A DNA stretch of 63,667 nt, filler included, from Candidatus Woesearchaeota archaeon (GCA_002685855.1; 5 parts of 5 records of this genome joined end to end with filler, not necessarily neighbours in it); one strand, 5' to 3'; shown: positions 29,289-38,879, counted from the whole stretch's first letter. The notes: generated from the letters alone by a model not told the origin. Numbers and translations: made by a program.

Positions 29289-30248
29289 ATGAGCTTTCAA
29301 GATATTCCTCCGGTTGAGTCTGGTACCCATATTATAGATGTGGCTTTTAAGAAGGGGAAGCTGGCGGCTTCGCATCAGGCGCAGAAGAACAAAACTAAAG
29401 ATCTTTTGGCTGTGAAGAGGAAGGAGTTGGCTCGGTTTGAGGCGGTTGCTGGGAGCTTGCAGGAGCAGTTGTCTAAGATTGTGAGGAGTTTTCCTGCTTT
29501 TGATGGGTTGACTGAGTTTTATGAGGAGCTGTTTGGTTGTTTTTTGGATATTTCTCAGTTGAGAAAGGATCTGTCTGCTATTTCCTGGGCTGCTCAGAAG
29601 ACGCGTGAGTTTCAGCGGGAGTATGGTCAGAAGGTGAGGGGTGCTGAGCGGGAGCGGATTGAGAAGGTGAGGGGTGCTTTTTTGGGGAGGATGGCCTCTC
29701 TTGTGAAGCGGTTGGAGAAGAAGTTGTTGGGGTTGGAGGATGCGAGGAAGGTTATGAGGGGTTTTCCTCAGTTGAAGGAGGGGTTGTTTACGATTGCGAT
29801 TGCGGGTTTTCCGAATGTGGGGAAGAGTACGCTTTTGGGGAAGTTGACTCCTGCTCGTCCTGAGGTGGGGAGTTATGCGTTTACTACAAAGCGGTTGAAT
29901 GTTGGGTATCTTCAAATAGGAGCAAGGAGGCTTCAGTTTGTGGATACTCCGGGAAGTCTGAATCGGTTTGATCGGTTGAATGTGATTGAGAAGCAGGCTG
30001 TTCTTGTGTTGAAGTATCGTGCTGATGCTATTGTGTTTGTTTTAGATCTTTCTGAGCCTTATCCGTTGAAGGATCAGATGAAACTACTCAAGGAGATGGA
30101 TGAATATGGTGTTCCTGTGTGGGTGTATCTGAGTAAGAGGGATATTCTTCCTGAGAAGGATGTTAAGGGGTTTGTGAAGAGGAGTGGATTGAAGGTGTTG
30201 AAGTATGAGGATTTAGTCGATATTCTGGCTAAAAAAGCAAAGTTTTAA
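29289..30248 (+). CDS. NOG1-family GTPase
   Basis: GFPNVGKS, YAFTT, DTPG, SKRD; start revised to MSFQDIP. Confidence 0.92.
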   Translation: MSFQDIPPVESGTHIIDVAFKKGKLAASHQAQKNKTKDLLAVKRKELARFEAVAGSLQEQLSKIVRSFPAFDGLTEFYEELFGCFLDISQLRKDLSAISWAAQKTREFQREYGQKVRGAERERIEKVRGAFLGRMASLVKRLEKKLLGLEDARKVMRGFPQLKEGLFTIAIAGFPNVGKSTLLGKLTPARPEVGSYAFTTKRLNVGYLQIGARRLQFVDTPGSLNRFDRLNVIEKQAVLVLKYRADAIVFVLDLSEPYPLKDQMKLLKEMDEYGVPVWVYLSKRDILPEKDVKGFVKRSGLKVLKYEDLVDILAKKAKF

Positions 30249-30284
30249 AAAGGTTTTTCTCACTTTTTGAGGGAGGGAGGTGAG

Positions 30285-31052
30285 ATGGGATCTACTAAGA
30301 ATTTTATGGCAGGAGTATCAGTAATTGTTATGCTGTTAGCTTTTGGCGGCTACTATTTTTCCTGGAGTGAGGGGATGACCTTTGTAGATGCCTTGTATTA
30401 TACCTTTCTTACGATTACAACGGTTGGGAGTTCGGCGATTCCGAGCGATCAGCAGGGGAAGATTGTTACGATGTTGTTGGTGGTTGTGGGGATGGGGGCT
30501 GTTTTGTATGTTGTTACAGGGATTGCGTCTGCATTGATTGAGATGCGTACGAATCTTTTTTTGAAAACGATTAAGGGTGGGATTATGAAGATTAGAAATG
30601 AGAAGGATCATGTGCTTTTGTGTGGGTTTGGTACTATTGGAAGGTATGTGAGTGAGGTGTTGATTCAGGAGAAGAAGAAGTTTATTGTGATTGAGAAGGA
30701 TCCGACAAAGGTGGCTTCTTTGATTGAGCGGGGGATTAGTGTTATTCAGGGTGATGCTCTGGATCCGGTGATTCTGAAGAAGGCAAATATTGAGAAGGCA
30801 GAGGTATTGATTGCTGCGTTGGAGGACGCGGATAATATGTATCTGATTATTACTGCTTCTGAGTTGAATTCTAATCTGATTGTGGCTGCGAAGACGACTG
30901 ATGAGGCTGCTGTGAAGCGGTTGCACAAAGTAGGGGCACAGATTGTTGTTATGCCTGAGATTGTTGGTGGGAAGGAGTTGGCAAACGCAGTCTTACAGAT
31001 GGAGAAGGCGAAAGGGTTGAGTACGATTAGTAAGAAAGAGGATTCTACGTAA
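30285..31052 (+). CDS. MthK-like 2TM channel plus RCK/TrkA-N domain with atypical filter
   Basis: FVDALYY..TITTVGSS; HVLLCGFGTIG, GDA; in-frame internal ATG at 30585 with SD. Confidence 0.9.
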   Translation: MGSTKNFMAGVSVIVMLLAFGGYYFSWSEGMTFVDALYYTFLTITTVGSSAIPSDQQGKIVTMLLVVVGMGAVLYVVTGIASALIEMRTNLFLKTIKGGIMKIRNEKDHVLLCGFGTIGRYVSEVLIQEKKKFIVIEKDPTKVASLIERGISVIQGDALDPVILKKANIEKAEVLIAALEDADNMYLIITASELNSNLIVAAKTTDEAAVKRLHKVGAQIVVMPEIVGGKELANAVLQMEKAKGLSTISKKEDST

Positions 31053-31575
31053 TAGGTTCTTCTTTGTAGGAAAGTGTACAGCTACAAGGCATTTTGTATT
31101 TTGCTCTATTCATTGCTGTTTTTGCGACTTCTAGATTGGATTTGTCTACGCTTGCCTGGAAGAGGATCTGTCCTTTTCTGACTTGGGCTGCGAGGCCGAC
31201 GGATTTTCCAAAGCTCATCTTCATTCCTGTGCTCATTCGGTCTGCTCCTGCTCCTGAGGCCAGGGGGTTGTTTCTGAGAATATGATGGGGGAAGATACAT
31301 ACTTTAAGCTTATATCCAATCTTTCCAAGCTTCTTTTCAAGGTAGCGGTTGCTGGTGAGTCTGCCTGATTCGATTGCGTTGTGGCGTATCTGGATGTCTC
31401 CTTTGGATCTGAGTTGGACGGTGTGGGGAAACTTCTTTTGGAGGTTTCCTGTTTCGTATTTGACTACTTTGTTGTGTGGTACGGCTCGTACAAAGGATTT
31501 CTTTCTGAATTTAGATTTCCGTGTGTAGGGTCGTTCAATTTTTCGCCATGCCACTGCTCTGATGAGTTTTGCCAT
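31045..31575 (-). CDS. rpl10e: 50S ribosomal protein uL16/L10e
   Basis: QIRHNAIES, GAGADRMSTGMKMSFGK. Confidence 0.97.
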   Translation of the reverse strand: MAKLIRAVAWRKIERPYTRKSKFRKKSFVRAVPHNKVVKYETGNLQKKFPHTVQLRSKGDIQIRHNAIESGRLTSNRYLEKKLGKIGYKLKVCIFPHHILRNNPLASGAGADRMSTGMKMSFGKSVGLAAQVRKGQILFQASVDKSNLEVAKTAMNRAKYKMPCSCTLSYKEEPIT

Positions 31576-31675
31576 GGTTTGAGGGAGAGGTGATGGGTTT
31601 ATAAAGGTTTCTTCTGATGAGGAGAGGGGGGAGGATGAATTATTTACTATATGGAAGTTTTACCGCTTCGGGCCT

Positions 31676-31700
31676 CCCTCCGGCCTAAAGGCCGGAGTAC
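31676..31700. repeat. REP/IS200-605-end-like hairpin, copy 1
   Basis: CC CTCCGGCCT AA AGGCCGGAG TAC; close to contig end. Confidence 0.65.
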
Positions 31701-31734
31701 CTACCGGCCCTCACGTCCAAACCTGTTTAGCTTA

Positions 31735-31834
31735 NNNNNNNNNNNNNNNNNNNNNNNNNNNNNNNNNNNNNNNNNNNNTTAATTAATTAANNNNNNNNNN
31801 NNNNNNNNNNNNNNNNNNNNNNNNNNNNNNNNNN
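31735..31834. other. Artificial contig linker
   Basis: N-run, TTAATTAATTAA, N-run. Confidence 0.99.
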
Positions 31835-31956
31835 CCTGGAACCACATCAACATCTATGAAATTATATCAACAAACACAGAACTCCACCTCATTCTTCACT
31901 CAAACGACGTTCCTCGTGCATTCACCCTTCTAGAAGAACTCAGGAAACAAAATTAA
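31835..31956 (+). CDS. C-terminal fragment of an ACT-like domain protein (contig start)
   Basis: WNHINIYEIISTNTELHLILHSNDVPRAFTLL. Confidence 0.6.
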
Positions 31957-32927
31957 ATAACCCCAACAGTTTTACCAATGAAAAACACATAAAAAATAAG
32001 CATAAGCCAGCCTTCCCAATGGTTTGCCTGATTATCCTGGGTTATGGCAAAGAATATTAGTGTTGCCGCAAGCATCATAGGAATCCCTAAAAGCAAAATG
32101 CTTGAAGGTATCACAAGATTTCCAAATAATGCAGGAATACCCATCACAGCAAACGTATTAAAAATATTTGATCCAAGAACATTTCCTGCAGCCATCTCTG
32201 CATGGCCTTTTCTTGCTGCAGTAATTGTCACAATGAGCTCAGGCAAAGAGGTCCCCAATGCAATAGCCGTAACAGCAATGATCTCTGTTCCAATCTGCAA
32301 CACTTGAGATAATCCAATAACAGAACTCACAGTATATTTTGCCCCAAGAAAAATAAAAAAACCACTTACGATTAATGTAATAAATGGTTTCAGCATACTC
32401 TCCTTTTTATATTTCGCTTTATGTTTCAAATCGGCCTTCATCTCCGGAGTAACATCTGCCTTGGGTATAGATTTATTGCTGCTTATAGCATACAATACAT
32501 ACACAAGCAAAGCTAAAATACAGAGAATAGCTTCATAAAAATTAAAAACACCATCCCACACCATTAATGTCAATAAAAAAGCAGATCCTAAAAGTTTCGG
32601 AAGATCCACATCAAGGATTTTATGTCCAATTATCATCTTCTTCGAGATGATTGTCGCAATCGCGAAAACCAAAAAAATATTAGCAATATTACTACCAACA
32701 ACATTTCCAATAACCATTTCAGAGTATCCGGCCATTACTGCAATAATCGATGAAATTAATTCAGGAAGCGACGTTCCAATTGCCAGAATCGTAACACCCA
32801 CAATAAAGGGCGAAAGACCAAAATGTAAACCAATCCTTTCAGCGCCAGTAGTAAAGAAATGTGATGCCTTGATAAGCACAAACAAGCTCACAACAAAAAG
32901 AATAAGCAGTAAGACGATATCAATCAT
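31953..32927 (-). CDS. Calcium/sodium antiporter (YrbG/CaCA family)
   Basis: Two GTSLPE alpha repeats; GNVVGSNIAN and GNVLGSNIFN. Confidence 0.95.
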   Translation of the reverse strand: MIDIVLLLILFVVSLFVLIKASHFFTTGAERIGLHFGLSPFIVGVTILAIGTSLPELISSIIAVMAGYSEMVIGNVVGSNIANIFLVFAIATIISKKMIIGHKILDVDLPKLLGSAFLLTLMVWDGVFNFYEAILCILALLVYVLYAISSNKSIPKADVTPEMKADLKHKAKYKKESMLKPFITLIVSGFFIFLGAKYTVSSVIGLSQVLQIGTEIIAVTAIALGTSLPELIVTITAARKGHAEMAAGNVLGSNIFNTFAVMGIPALFGNLVIPSSILLLGIPMMLAATLIFFAITQDNQANHWEGWLMLIFYVFFIGKTVGVI

Positions 32928-33011
32928 ATCCTCCTGGGAACATCAGAATTTATATACTTTTCCCTTATTTTCAGAATAAAAAGCACCTATTTAATCCTCA
33001 ATAACACAACC

Positions 33012-34091
33012 CTATGCAGTCAACTCAAACATCCTCTCCAAAGATCTTCTTGCCCCCTCAACCACCTCAGCATCTACATCAACTACATCAACCTCTTCCC
33101 GTAAACTATACAACAAGCCATCAAGCGTATTCTTCTTCATATACGGACACAACAAACAAGGCGTCACAAACTTCTTTGAAGGATAGGCCTCCACCAAGGG
33201 CACAGCAAGATCACACTCACTAAGATACAACACCCTTTGAGCAGAACTATCTTTTAAAAACTTCATCATCACACCCGTCCCACCAACCTTATCGGCAAGC
33301 TCAGCAACATCAGTTCTCACCTCTGGATGAGCCAACACAAGATCAACTCCTTCCCGCCTCCGATACTCTTTAACATGCTCAGGAGTAAAATCTTCATGCA
33401 CAATACACGTCCCCTTATCCAAAAGAGGAGCAACAGTGCCATTCAGAGGAAACCGAAACTCGCTATCATCAAAATGATCATACAACACAATCGAACCTCC
33501 TACAACACCTTCATACGTAAGATACCGTCTCCCATCATCCACCTTCTTCAATATATTTCTAAAAAAAAGATGATCCGGTACCAAAATAACCTCCTTGCCA
33601 GGAATCCGTTGAACAACCTGTTCAGCATTCGCAGAAGTACACACACTATCAAACTCTGCCTTAACAGTAGCAGTCGTATTAATATACCCAACAACAGCCG
33701 CCTTTGGAAACTCCTCTCGAATCCTCTGTATCACTGAAGCATTGATCCCCTCTGCAATAGAACAACTCGCATCAGAAGAAGGAATCACAACCTTCTTATC
33801 CGGACTCAGCAACTTCACCATCTCTGCCATAAAATGCACAGTAGAAGAAACAACAAGATCCTTATCACCGATCTCCTTCGCCTTCATCGCCAACGCAAGA
33901 GAATCACCCTTAAAATCAGCAACCATCTGAATAGGGGGTATCTGATAATAATGCGCAAGAATAATAGCATTCTTCTCACTCCGAACACGGTCAATCTCCC
34001 ACAACACACCCAAAGTCTTTTCAGCAAGTAGATCATCAAAACTATGATAATCCAGTACACGTGCCTCAATATTTGTCCAATCAACAACCAT
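33012..34091 (-). CDS. nadA: Quinolinate synthase
   Basis: ILAHYYQ, GDSL, VHFMAE, three Fe-S Cys (ASCSIA, TCIVH, CPYMK); start 34091 or 34133. Confidence 0.93.
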   Translation of the reverse strand: MVVDWTNIEARVLDYHSFDDLLAEKTLGVLWEIDRVRSEKNAIILAHYYQIPPIQMVADFKGDSLALAMKAKEIGDKDLVVSSTVHFMAEMVKLLSPDKKVVIPSSDASCSIAEGINASVIQRIREEFPKAAVVGYINTTATVKAEFDSVCTSANAEQVVQRIPGKEVILVPDHLFFRNILKKVDDGRRYLTYEGVVGGSIVLYDHFDDSEFRFPLNGTVAPLLDKGTCIVHEDFTPEHVKEYRRREGVDLVLAHPEVRTDVAELADKVGGTGVMMKFLKDSSAQRVLYLSECDLAVPLVEAYPSKKFVTPCLLCPYMKKNTLDGLLYSLREEVDVVDVDAEVVEGARRSLERMFELTA

Positions 34092-34121
34092 CTTTAAATT
34101 CCTTATAAACAACCCTTGCTT

Positions 34122-34138
34122 ATTGTATCGCATACACT
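34122..34138. promoter_or_regulatory. NrtR-type operator upstream of nadA
   Basis: ATTGTATCGCATACACT (GT-N7-AC core); matches the site at 37900. Confidence 0.7.
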
Positions 34139-34284
34139 AACAACTATATAAATATTTCGCTACTCCAGAATATAATAAAAGAACATATGCCAAACTAGGC
34201 TTCCTGAAGCTCTGTACAGCTTGTTTTATCAATAGGTTCTTTCTATTGATATACCAACATTTATAAACCCAAATACTTAAAATA

Positions 34285-35262
34285 ATGCCTATGGCAGATC
34301 AGGAGCTTATTGATTGGATTAAAAATTCTAAATCTCAAGGATATAACAACCAACAATTGTATAATGCACTAGTTCAAAGAGGTTATAATCCGAATGAAGC
34401 TAATCAAGCATTAGGAATTGCATCTGAAAAAAACACACAGATAAATCAAAAATCTGAACCTCTGAAAAAACCATTTAATTTTTTATACATAATAATTATT
34501 GGAGTAGTCATTATTGGTCTAGCTAGTGCAGGAATATTCCTCTTTTATTTCCAAGAACAGGATGTTGAATCTGAAGAACATGAATCAGAACAAATCCTGA
34601 AAGAAACTCAAGATAATGCACTACTTGAATCAGAACTACAAAGCTGCATCAAGTTCCCAGACAAACTTGAATCATGTGAACCCTTTTCATGTGAATTCGA
34701 TCATCCTTTTACTAGCGATTTAATGGAAAGACAAATTGTAGGATTAGAAGATGATAAATGTAAATATTCTGAAGAAATGCCGAACAATGGAAGAATGGAT
34801 TGTGAATTTACAGAGAGTTTAAGAAAAGCAATGGCCAAATACCATAAAGATATTGCTGCATCAGAATCATCTAGAACAGATATAAAAGCAGATTTGGGAA
34901 GTGGCGATGTAGAAACCACCTATATGATTGATGGAAAACAAGTCCAAAACCCCTTACAAGAAGCACTAATTACTAAACAATGTGTAATATCGGGTTATGG
35001 TGTCCCTGATACTGAAGGTAAATGTCCTGAGGGAACAGAATATAAAGGAGAAACATTTACATATGAAAATGGGGGAAAAACTGCTCATCCAATATGTTCA
35101 GATCCAAACCTAGTTTGTTCTCCCTGTGAGAATTGTGTTACAGGAAGTGAAAAGAAAGTTATTCAAATAGGTATGACTGAAGAAGCATGTCATGAATGTG
35201 TGGTTCAGAGAGACTGTATAGAAGGATATAAATGCGATGAAAACAAATGTGTGACAGAATAA
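34285..35262 (+). CDS. Single-TM protein with Cys-rich extracellular domain
   Basis: N-terminal helical domain, one TM, many Cys; AT-rich. Confidence 0.8.
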   Translation: MPMADQELIDWIKNSKSQGYNNQQLYNALVQRGYNPNEANQALGIASEKNTQINQKSEPLKKPFNFLYIIIIGVVIIGLASAGIFLFYFQEQDVESEEHESEQILKETQDNALLESELQSCIKFPDKLESCEPFSCEFDHPFTSDLMERQIVGLEDDKCKYSEEMPNNGRMDCEFTESLRKAMAKYHKDIAASESSRTDIKADLGSGDVETTYMIDGKQVQNPLQEALITKQCVISGYGVPDTEGKCPEGTEYKGETFTYENGGKTAHPICSDPNLVCSPCENCVTGSEKKVIQIGMTEEACHECVVQRDCIEGYKCDENKCVTE

Positions 35263-35277
35263 AAGAGTAGTATCTTC

Positions 35278-37134
35278 TTACTTACTATATTGCCCCCACC
35301 ACCCCTTCAACGAATCATCCAAAACATCTATCTGGTAGATCTTCGGATCATCCCACAACTCAGAAGTCCTCTGAATAGTCCACAAATACTCCCCATCCCA
35401 ATCCATTGCCCATGCCTCCTTAGCCACAGGATAAATCTCGCCAACCAATTTCCCATCCTTAGACCACCTACAAAGACCCTTAGAACACCCCCCATTCGAC
35501 CAGAAATGCTCCCCGGTCCAAACCAGCGAATCTCCCAGACCACGTTCACCAAATTCAACCGAATCAACCAACACCCCTTCCTTATCCACCTTCAACAACC
35601 TTTGTGTATCCCTGCTCGGCAGATACAAAAACTCTCCATCCGTAGTCAACCCCTGCAACCCACCCTCCTCCTTCTCAGGAATATCAAAAGAATCCACAAT
35701 CTCAATCTCCTCACCAACGACCCGAAACTTAAAAACCCGAAGCAAACTAAAATCATTCACCCAAAAAAACTCTCCATCCCACGTCAACCCCCGAGGATTC
35801 ATAATCTCATCATTCCCAAACAACACAGCCTCACCAGACACAGGATCAACACGAATAAAATCCAAAGAACTCCCAACAACCCCATCGCCCAAACTAAACC
35901 TCCAAAGAAAACCATCAGCAAACGTAAGTGCCCACCCAAAACTCAACCCCTTGCCAATCTTCTTCACCACCTTTCGAGTTTCGTCCTCTGCATCAAAAAC
36001 ATAAGGATACCTATCCCCTTCCTCACCCGGAATATAATCCAACTCAAAATTCCTAACATCACCATACCCAAACACAGGAATATCCACAACACCCTCACCA
36101 TAATCATTCCCATCTACATCAGCAGTAGACCCATCATAGACATTAAGAGGATTCTCACCAACATCCTCAAATCGATTCCCCTTCACAACAATATCAGACT
36201 CCATTCCCGCACTAATAACCTCATGCTCATACCCTGTAAAATAATTTCCCTCAATATGCGACTGCGTCTTTTCATGATGAAGCGCATAATGCCCATCCCG
36301 AAACACATTATTCAATATCTGAACACCCCTATTGTACTGCTCCAACGCAATCTCATGATATCCATTCCCATACAACGTATTATTCTCATAATGCGGAGAC
36401 GACCGCTCAGCATACAAACCTTCAGAATTACTCCATCGAATAATAGAATTCGTAACAGCTACCTCAGAATCCATCTGACTCACACCAAGCTCAGCAAACT
36501 CAACAATCGCATGATCTATCACACAATCAGTACAACTTCCAATCCCAATCTCATGCCAGTCACCATTCAAAGGATCCGATGCGTCAGAGGTAAACCACAC
36601 CTGTTCTTCAGGAGTACCCCTCACAATAATCGTTCCCAACACACCCATCCCCGCCTTAGAAAACCTCTTATAATCCCTATCATGCTTAAACTTTACTACC
36701 GCACCCGGCTCAACAACAAGTTCAACACCCTCCTCCACCATCAGATAACAGGAAACAAACACATTCCCACTCCATACCTCATCACGCCGAACACTCCCAC
36801 ATTTTTCAACAAAATCACACCGATTAGGACAACTCCACCCACAATCCAACCCTTCTTCCCCCTCATTAAATAACCCATCACTACAATGCTCAGGAAGTTC
36901 GCCCACGAATTCATCTTTCTCTTCATCCAATTCAATCTCAACATCATCCTCTTTCTCTCTCCTTTCAGTATCCAAAACAGTCCCCTTCCCATCACTCAAT
37001 CCCTCTTTCAGATCAACCCTCTCCTCCCGCAACGGAAAACCAACAGGATACTCACCTGTAACACCCTTATAGATAAACGGAACAATAAATAAGAAAACAA
37101 AAAGAATCCCCAAGATCCAAACAACCTTTTTCAT
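35278..37134 (-). CDS. Membrane-anchored protein with parallel beta-helix and beta-propeller-like domains
   Basis: VEPGAVVKF, GTPEEQVWFTS, DW..I; repeats GLTWDG/GLTTDG/MDWDG. Confidence 0.82.
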   Translation of the reverse strand: MKKVVWILGILFVFLFIVPFIYKGVTGEYPVGFPLREERVDLKEGLSDGKGTVLDTERREKEDDVEIELDEEKDEFVGELPEHCSDGLFNEGEEGLDCGWSCPNRCDFVEKCGSVRRDEVWSGNVFVSCYLMVEEGVELVVEPGAVVKFKHDRDYKRFSKAGMGVLGTIIVRGTPEEQVWFTSDASDPLNGDWHEIGIGSCTDCVIDHAIVEFAELGVSQMDSEVAVTNSIIRWSNSEGLYAERSSPHYENNTLYGNGYHEIALEQYNRGVQILNNVFRDGHYALHHEKTQSHIEGNYFTGYEHEVISAGMESDIVVKGNRFEDVGENPLNVYDGSTADVDGNDYGEGVVDIPVFGYGDVRNFELDYIPGEEGDRYPYVFDAEDETRKVVKKIGKGLSFGWALTFADGFLWRFSLGDGVVGSSLDFIRVDPVSGEAVLFGNDEIMNPRGLTWDGEFFWVNDFSLLRVFKFRVVGEEIEIVDSFDIPEKEEGGLQGLTTDGEFLYLPSRDTQRLLKVDKEGVLVDSVEFGERGLGDSLVWTGEHFWSNGGCSKGLCRWSKDGKLVGEIYPVAKEAWAMDWDGEYLWTIQRTSELWDDPKIYQIDVLDDSLKGWWGQYSK

Positions 37135-37218
37135 ATTCAACCTCAATATACTACAAAACCCCTTCGAACATTTAAATAGTTTCCCAAAACCTACAACAAA
37201 AGATAATCTAAAAAAAAA

Positions 37219-37899
37219 TCAACCAAGAAAAACATGGATCTCATCCCTTATCCCAGAATACTTCGATTCAACAAACCGATACAGCCTTGCAGGACGATGA
37301 GCACCCTCGCGAAGCATCTCAGAAGTCTCCTTCAAAATCCCTAACTCCTTCACCTTCTTCCTAAAATTCCGCTTATCCAACCCACGACCCAACACATCCT
37401 CATACAACTGCTGCAACTGCGTTAATGTAAAACTCTTCGGTAAGATCTGAAACGCAATATTTGTAGTCTGAACCTCATACCGCAACTGCTCCAAAGCATC
37501 CGAGATAATATCCGAATGATCAAACCCCAACTCAGGCAACCCATCAACAGCAAACCATTCAGCATCCATCGCATCCGTAGCCGCCTTCAACCGCTGATTT
37601 GGCTGAATCAAAGCAAGAAAAGCCACACTCAAAATCCTTCCCCGAGGATCCCTCCTAACACCCCCATACGTCCCAATCTGTTTCAGAAAAACATCCTTCA
37701 CCCCTGTTTCCTCATCTAACTCCCTCTTCACCGCCTCCTCCAACTCCTCCCCCTTATTCACAAACCCCCCAGGCAATGCGTACATCCCTTTAAACGGAGG
37801 ATATTTCCTCTTAATCAATAGAATCCTAAGCTCATCCTGAAGCACAGTAAATACAACTGCATCCACTGCAACCTGCATAAAACCACGTGTTTCCATCAC
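37219..37899 (-). CDS. nrtR: NrtR-family Nudix-wHTH transcriptional regulator
   Basis: LPGGF...RELDEETG, RDPRGR, FDH, FTLTQLQQLYE..LDKRNFRKK, HRPARLY. Confidence 0.9.
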   Translation of the reverse strand: MMETRGFMQVAVDAVVFTVLQDELRILLIKRKYPPFKGMYALPGGFVNKGEELEEAVKRELDEETGVKDVFLKQIGTYGGVRRDPRGRILSVAFLALIQPNQRLKAATDAMDAEWFAVDGLPELGFDHSDIISDALEQLRYEVQTTNIAFQILPKSFTLTQLQQLYEDVLGRGLDKRNFRKKVKELGILKETSEMLREGAHRPARLYRFVESKYSGIRDEIHVFLG

Positions 37900-37916
37900 A
37901 GTGTATTCGCTACACT
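37900..37916. promoter_or_regulatory. NrtR-type operator (autoregulatory)
   Basis: Palindrome AGTGTA-TTCGC-TACACT between the TATA box and the start codon. Confidence 0.75.
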
Positions 37917-37967
37917 AATATAAAAAGTTTTCCAATAAAAACATAATAAACAAAACCAGATTAATAA

Positions 37968-38121
37968 CTAAACACTAACCAGATCAGATAGAGACCCACC
38001 CTCACTAAAAACCTTTAGCACTCTCTTCTTCTGAGCACGAGTTCTAAGCTTTCTCAACGCTTTGTCTTCAATCTGTCGAATCCTCTCCCTTGTTAAAGAA
38101 AATTCTGCTCCAAGCGCATCC
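37968..38121 (-). CDS. C-terminal fragment of a sigma-70-like protein (region 4.2), truncated by contig end
   Basis: DALGAEFSLTRERIRQIEDKALRKLRTRAQKKRVLKVFSEGGSLSDLVSV*. Confidence 0.8.
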
Positions 38122-38221
38122 NNNNNNNNNNNNNNNNNNNNNNNNNNNNNNNNNNNNNNNNNNNNTTAATTAATTAANNNNNNNNNNNNNNNNNNNNNNN
38201 NNNNNNNNNNNNNNNNNNNNN
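38122..38221. other. Artificial contig linker
   Basis: N-run, TTAATTAATTAA, N-run. Confidence 0.99.
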
Positions 38222-38426
38222 AGGCGGAATAGGTGAAAATGCCTGGTTTGTCCGCGAAAAAGTCCTAAAGATGCTCCGCTACGCAGGAGTACGATACGAT
38301 CAAGAAAAAAATAAAGAAAACAACTTGGAGATCTCCACCCCTGATTCAAAAGTAAAACTCTTCATCATACCAACAAACGAGGAGTTAGAGATCGCCAAGG
38401 AGTGCCTCACACTCAAAACAACCTAA
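38222..38426 (+). CDS. ackA: Acetate kinase, C-terminal fragment (contig start)
   Basis: GGIGENA..VRE, IPTNEELEIA. Confidence 0.9.
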
Positions 38427-38812
38427 TACTTATACTTGCCCCAGTCACCTGTGCCAGTAAAGTCAACACTACCCGTGCCTGCGGCCATGACATGACCATC
38501 TCCATCAAAATAGAGATCAACGCCATTTCCACTCACATTAATCTCACCAACTCCTTCATACACAACACGGTTATATCCTACCCAACCTTCACTCTTTACA
38601 AAACCGTCATTCAACACAGTCATATTACTACTATTTGACATATTTATCGTGCCATTCCCGTCAAACCAGCTCCAACCATCACCAGCAACATCGGTCCTTC
38701 CATCACCAATAGCCCAAAAACCACCAATTCCTGAAACAACCTTGGCCGCTCCAACACCTACTAACATCAATCCCATACACATAAACACTATCAACATCTT
38801 ATTCATCTTCAT
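38423..38812 (-). CDS. Secreted Gly-rich beta protein (paralog 3 of 3)
   Basis: Signal peptide; WAIGDG, NDGF, GVGEINVSG, GTGSVDFTGTG. Confidence 0.8.
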   Translation of the reverse strand: MKMNKMLIVFMCMGLMLVGVGAAKVVSGIGGFWAIGDGRTDVAGDGWSWFDGNGTINMSNSSNMTVLNDGFVKSEGWVGYNRVVYEGVGEINVSGNGVDLYFDGDGHVMAAGTGSVDFTGTGDWGKYKY

Positions 38813-38879
38813 TCTATTCACCTCGCGTTTTCATATCCTCTATTCAAAAAAATAAAAATAAAAAAATAAATACTCACCA

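Noticed and set aside
29130..30926. Antisense ORFs of 261 and 196 aa
   Set aside because: Shadows of the NOG1 and channel genes caused by strand skew
35290..36873. 527-aa + strand ORF
   Set aside because: Antisense shadow (P/I/H/N-rich) of the real minus-strand gene; the C/A-rich strand is poor in stop codons
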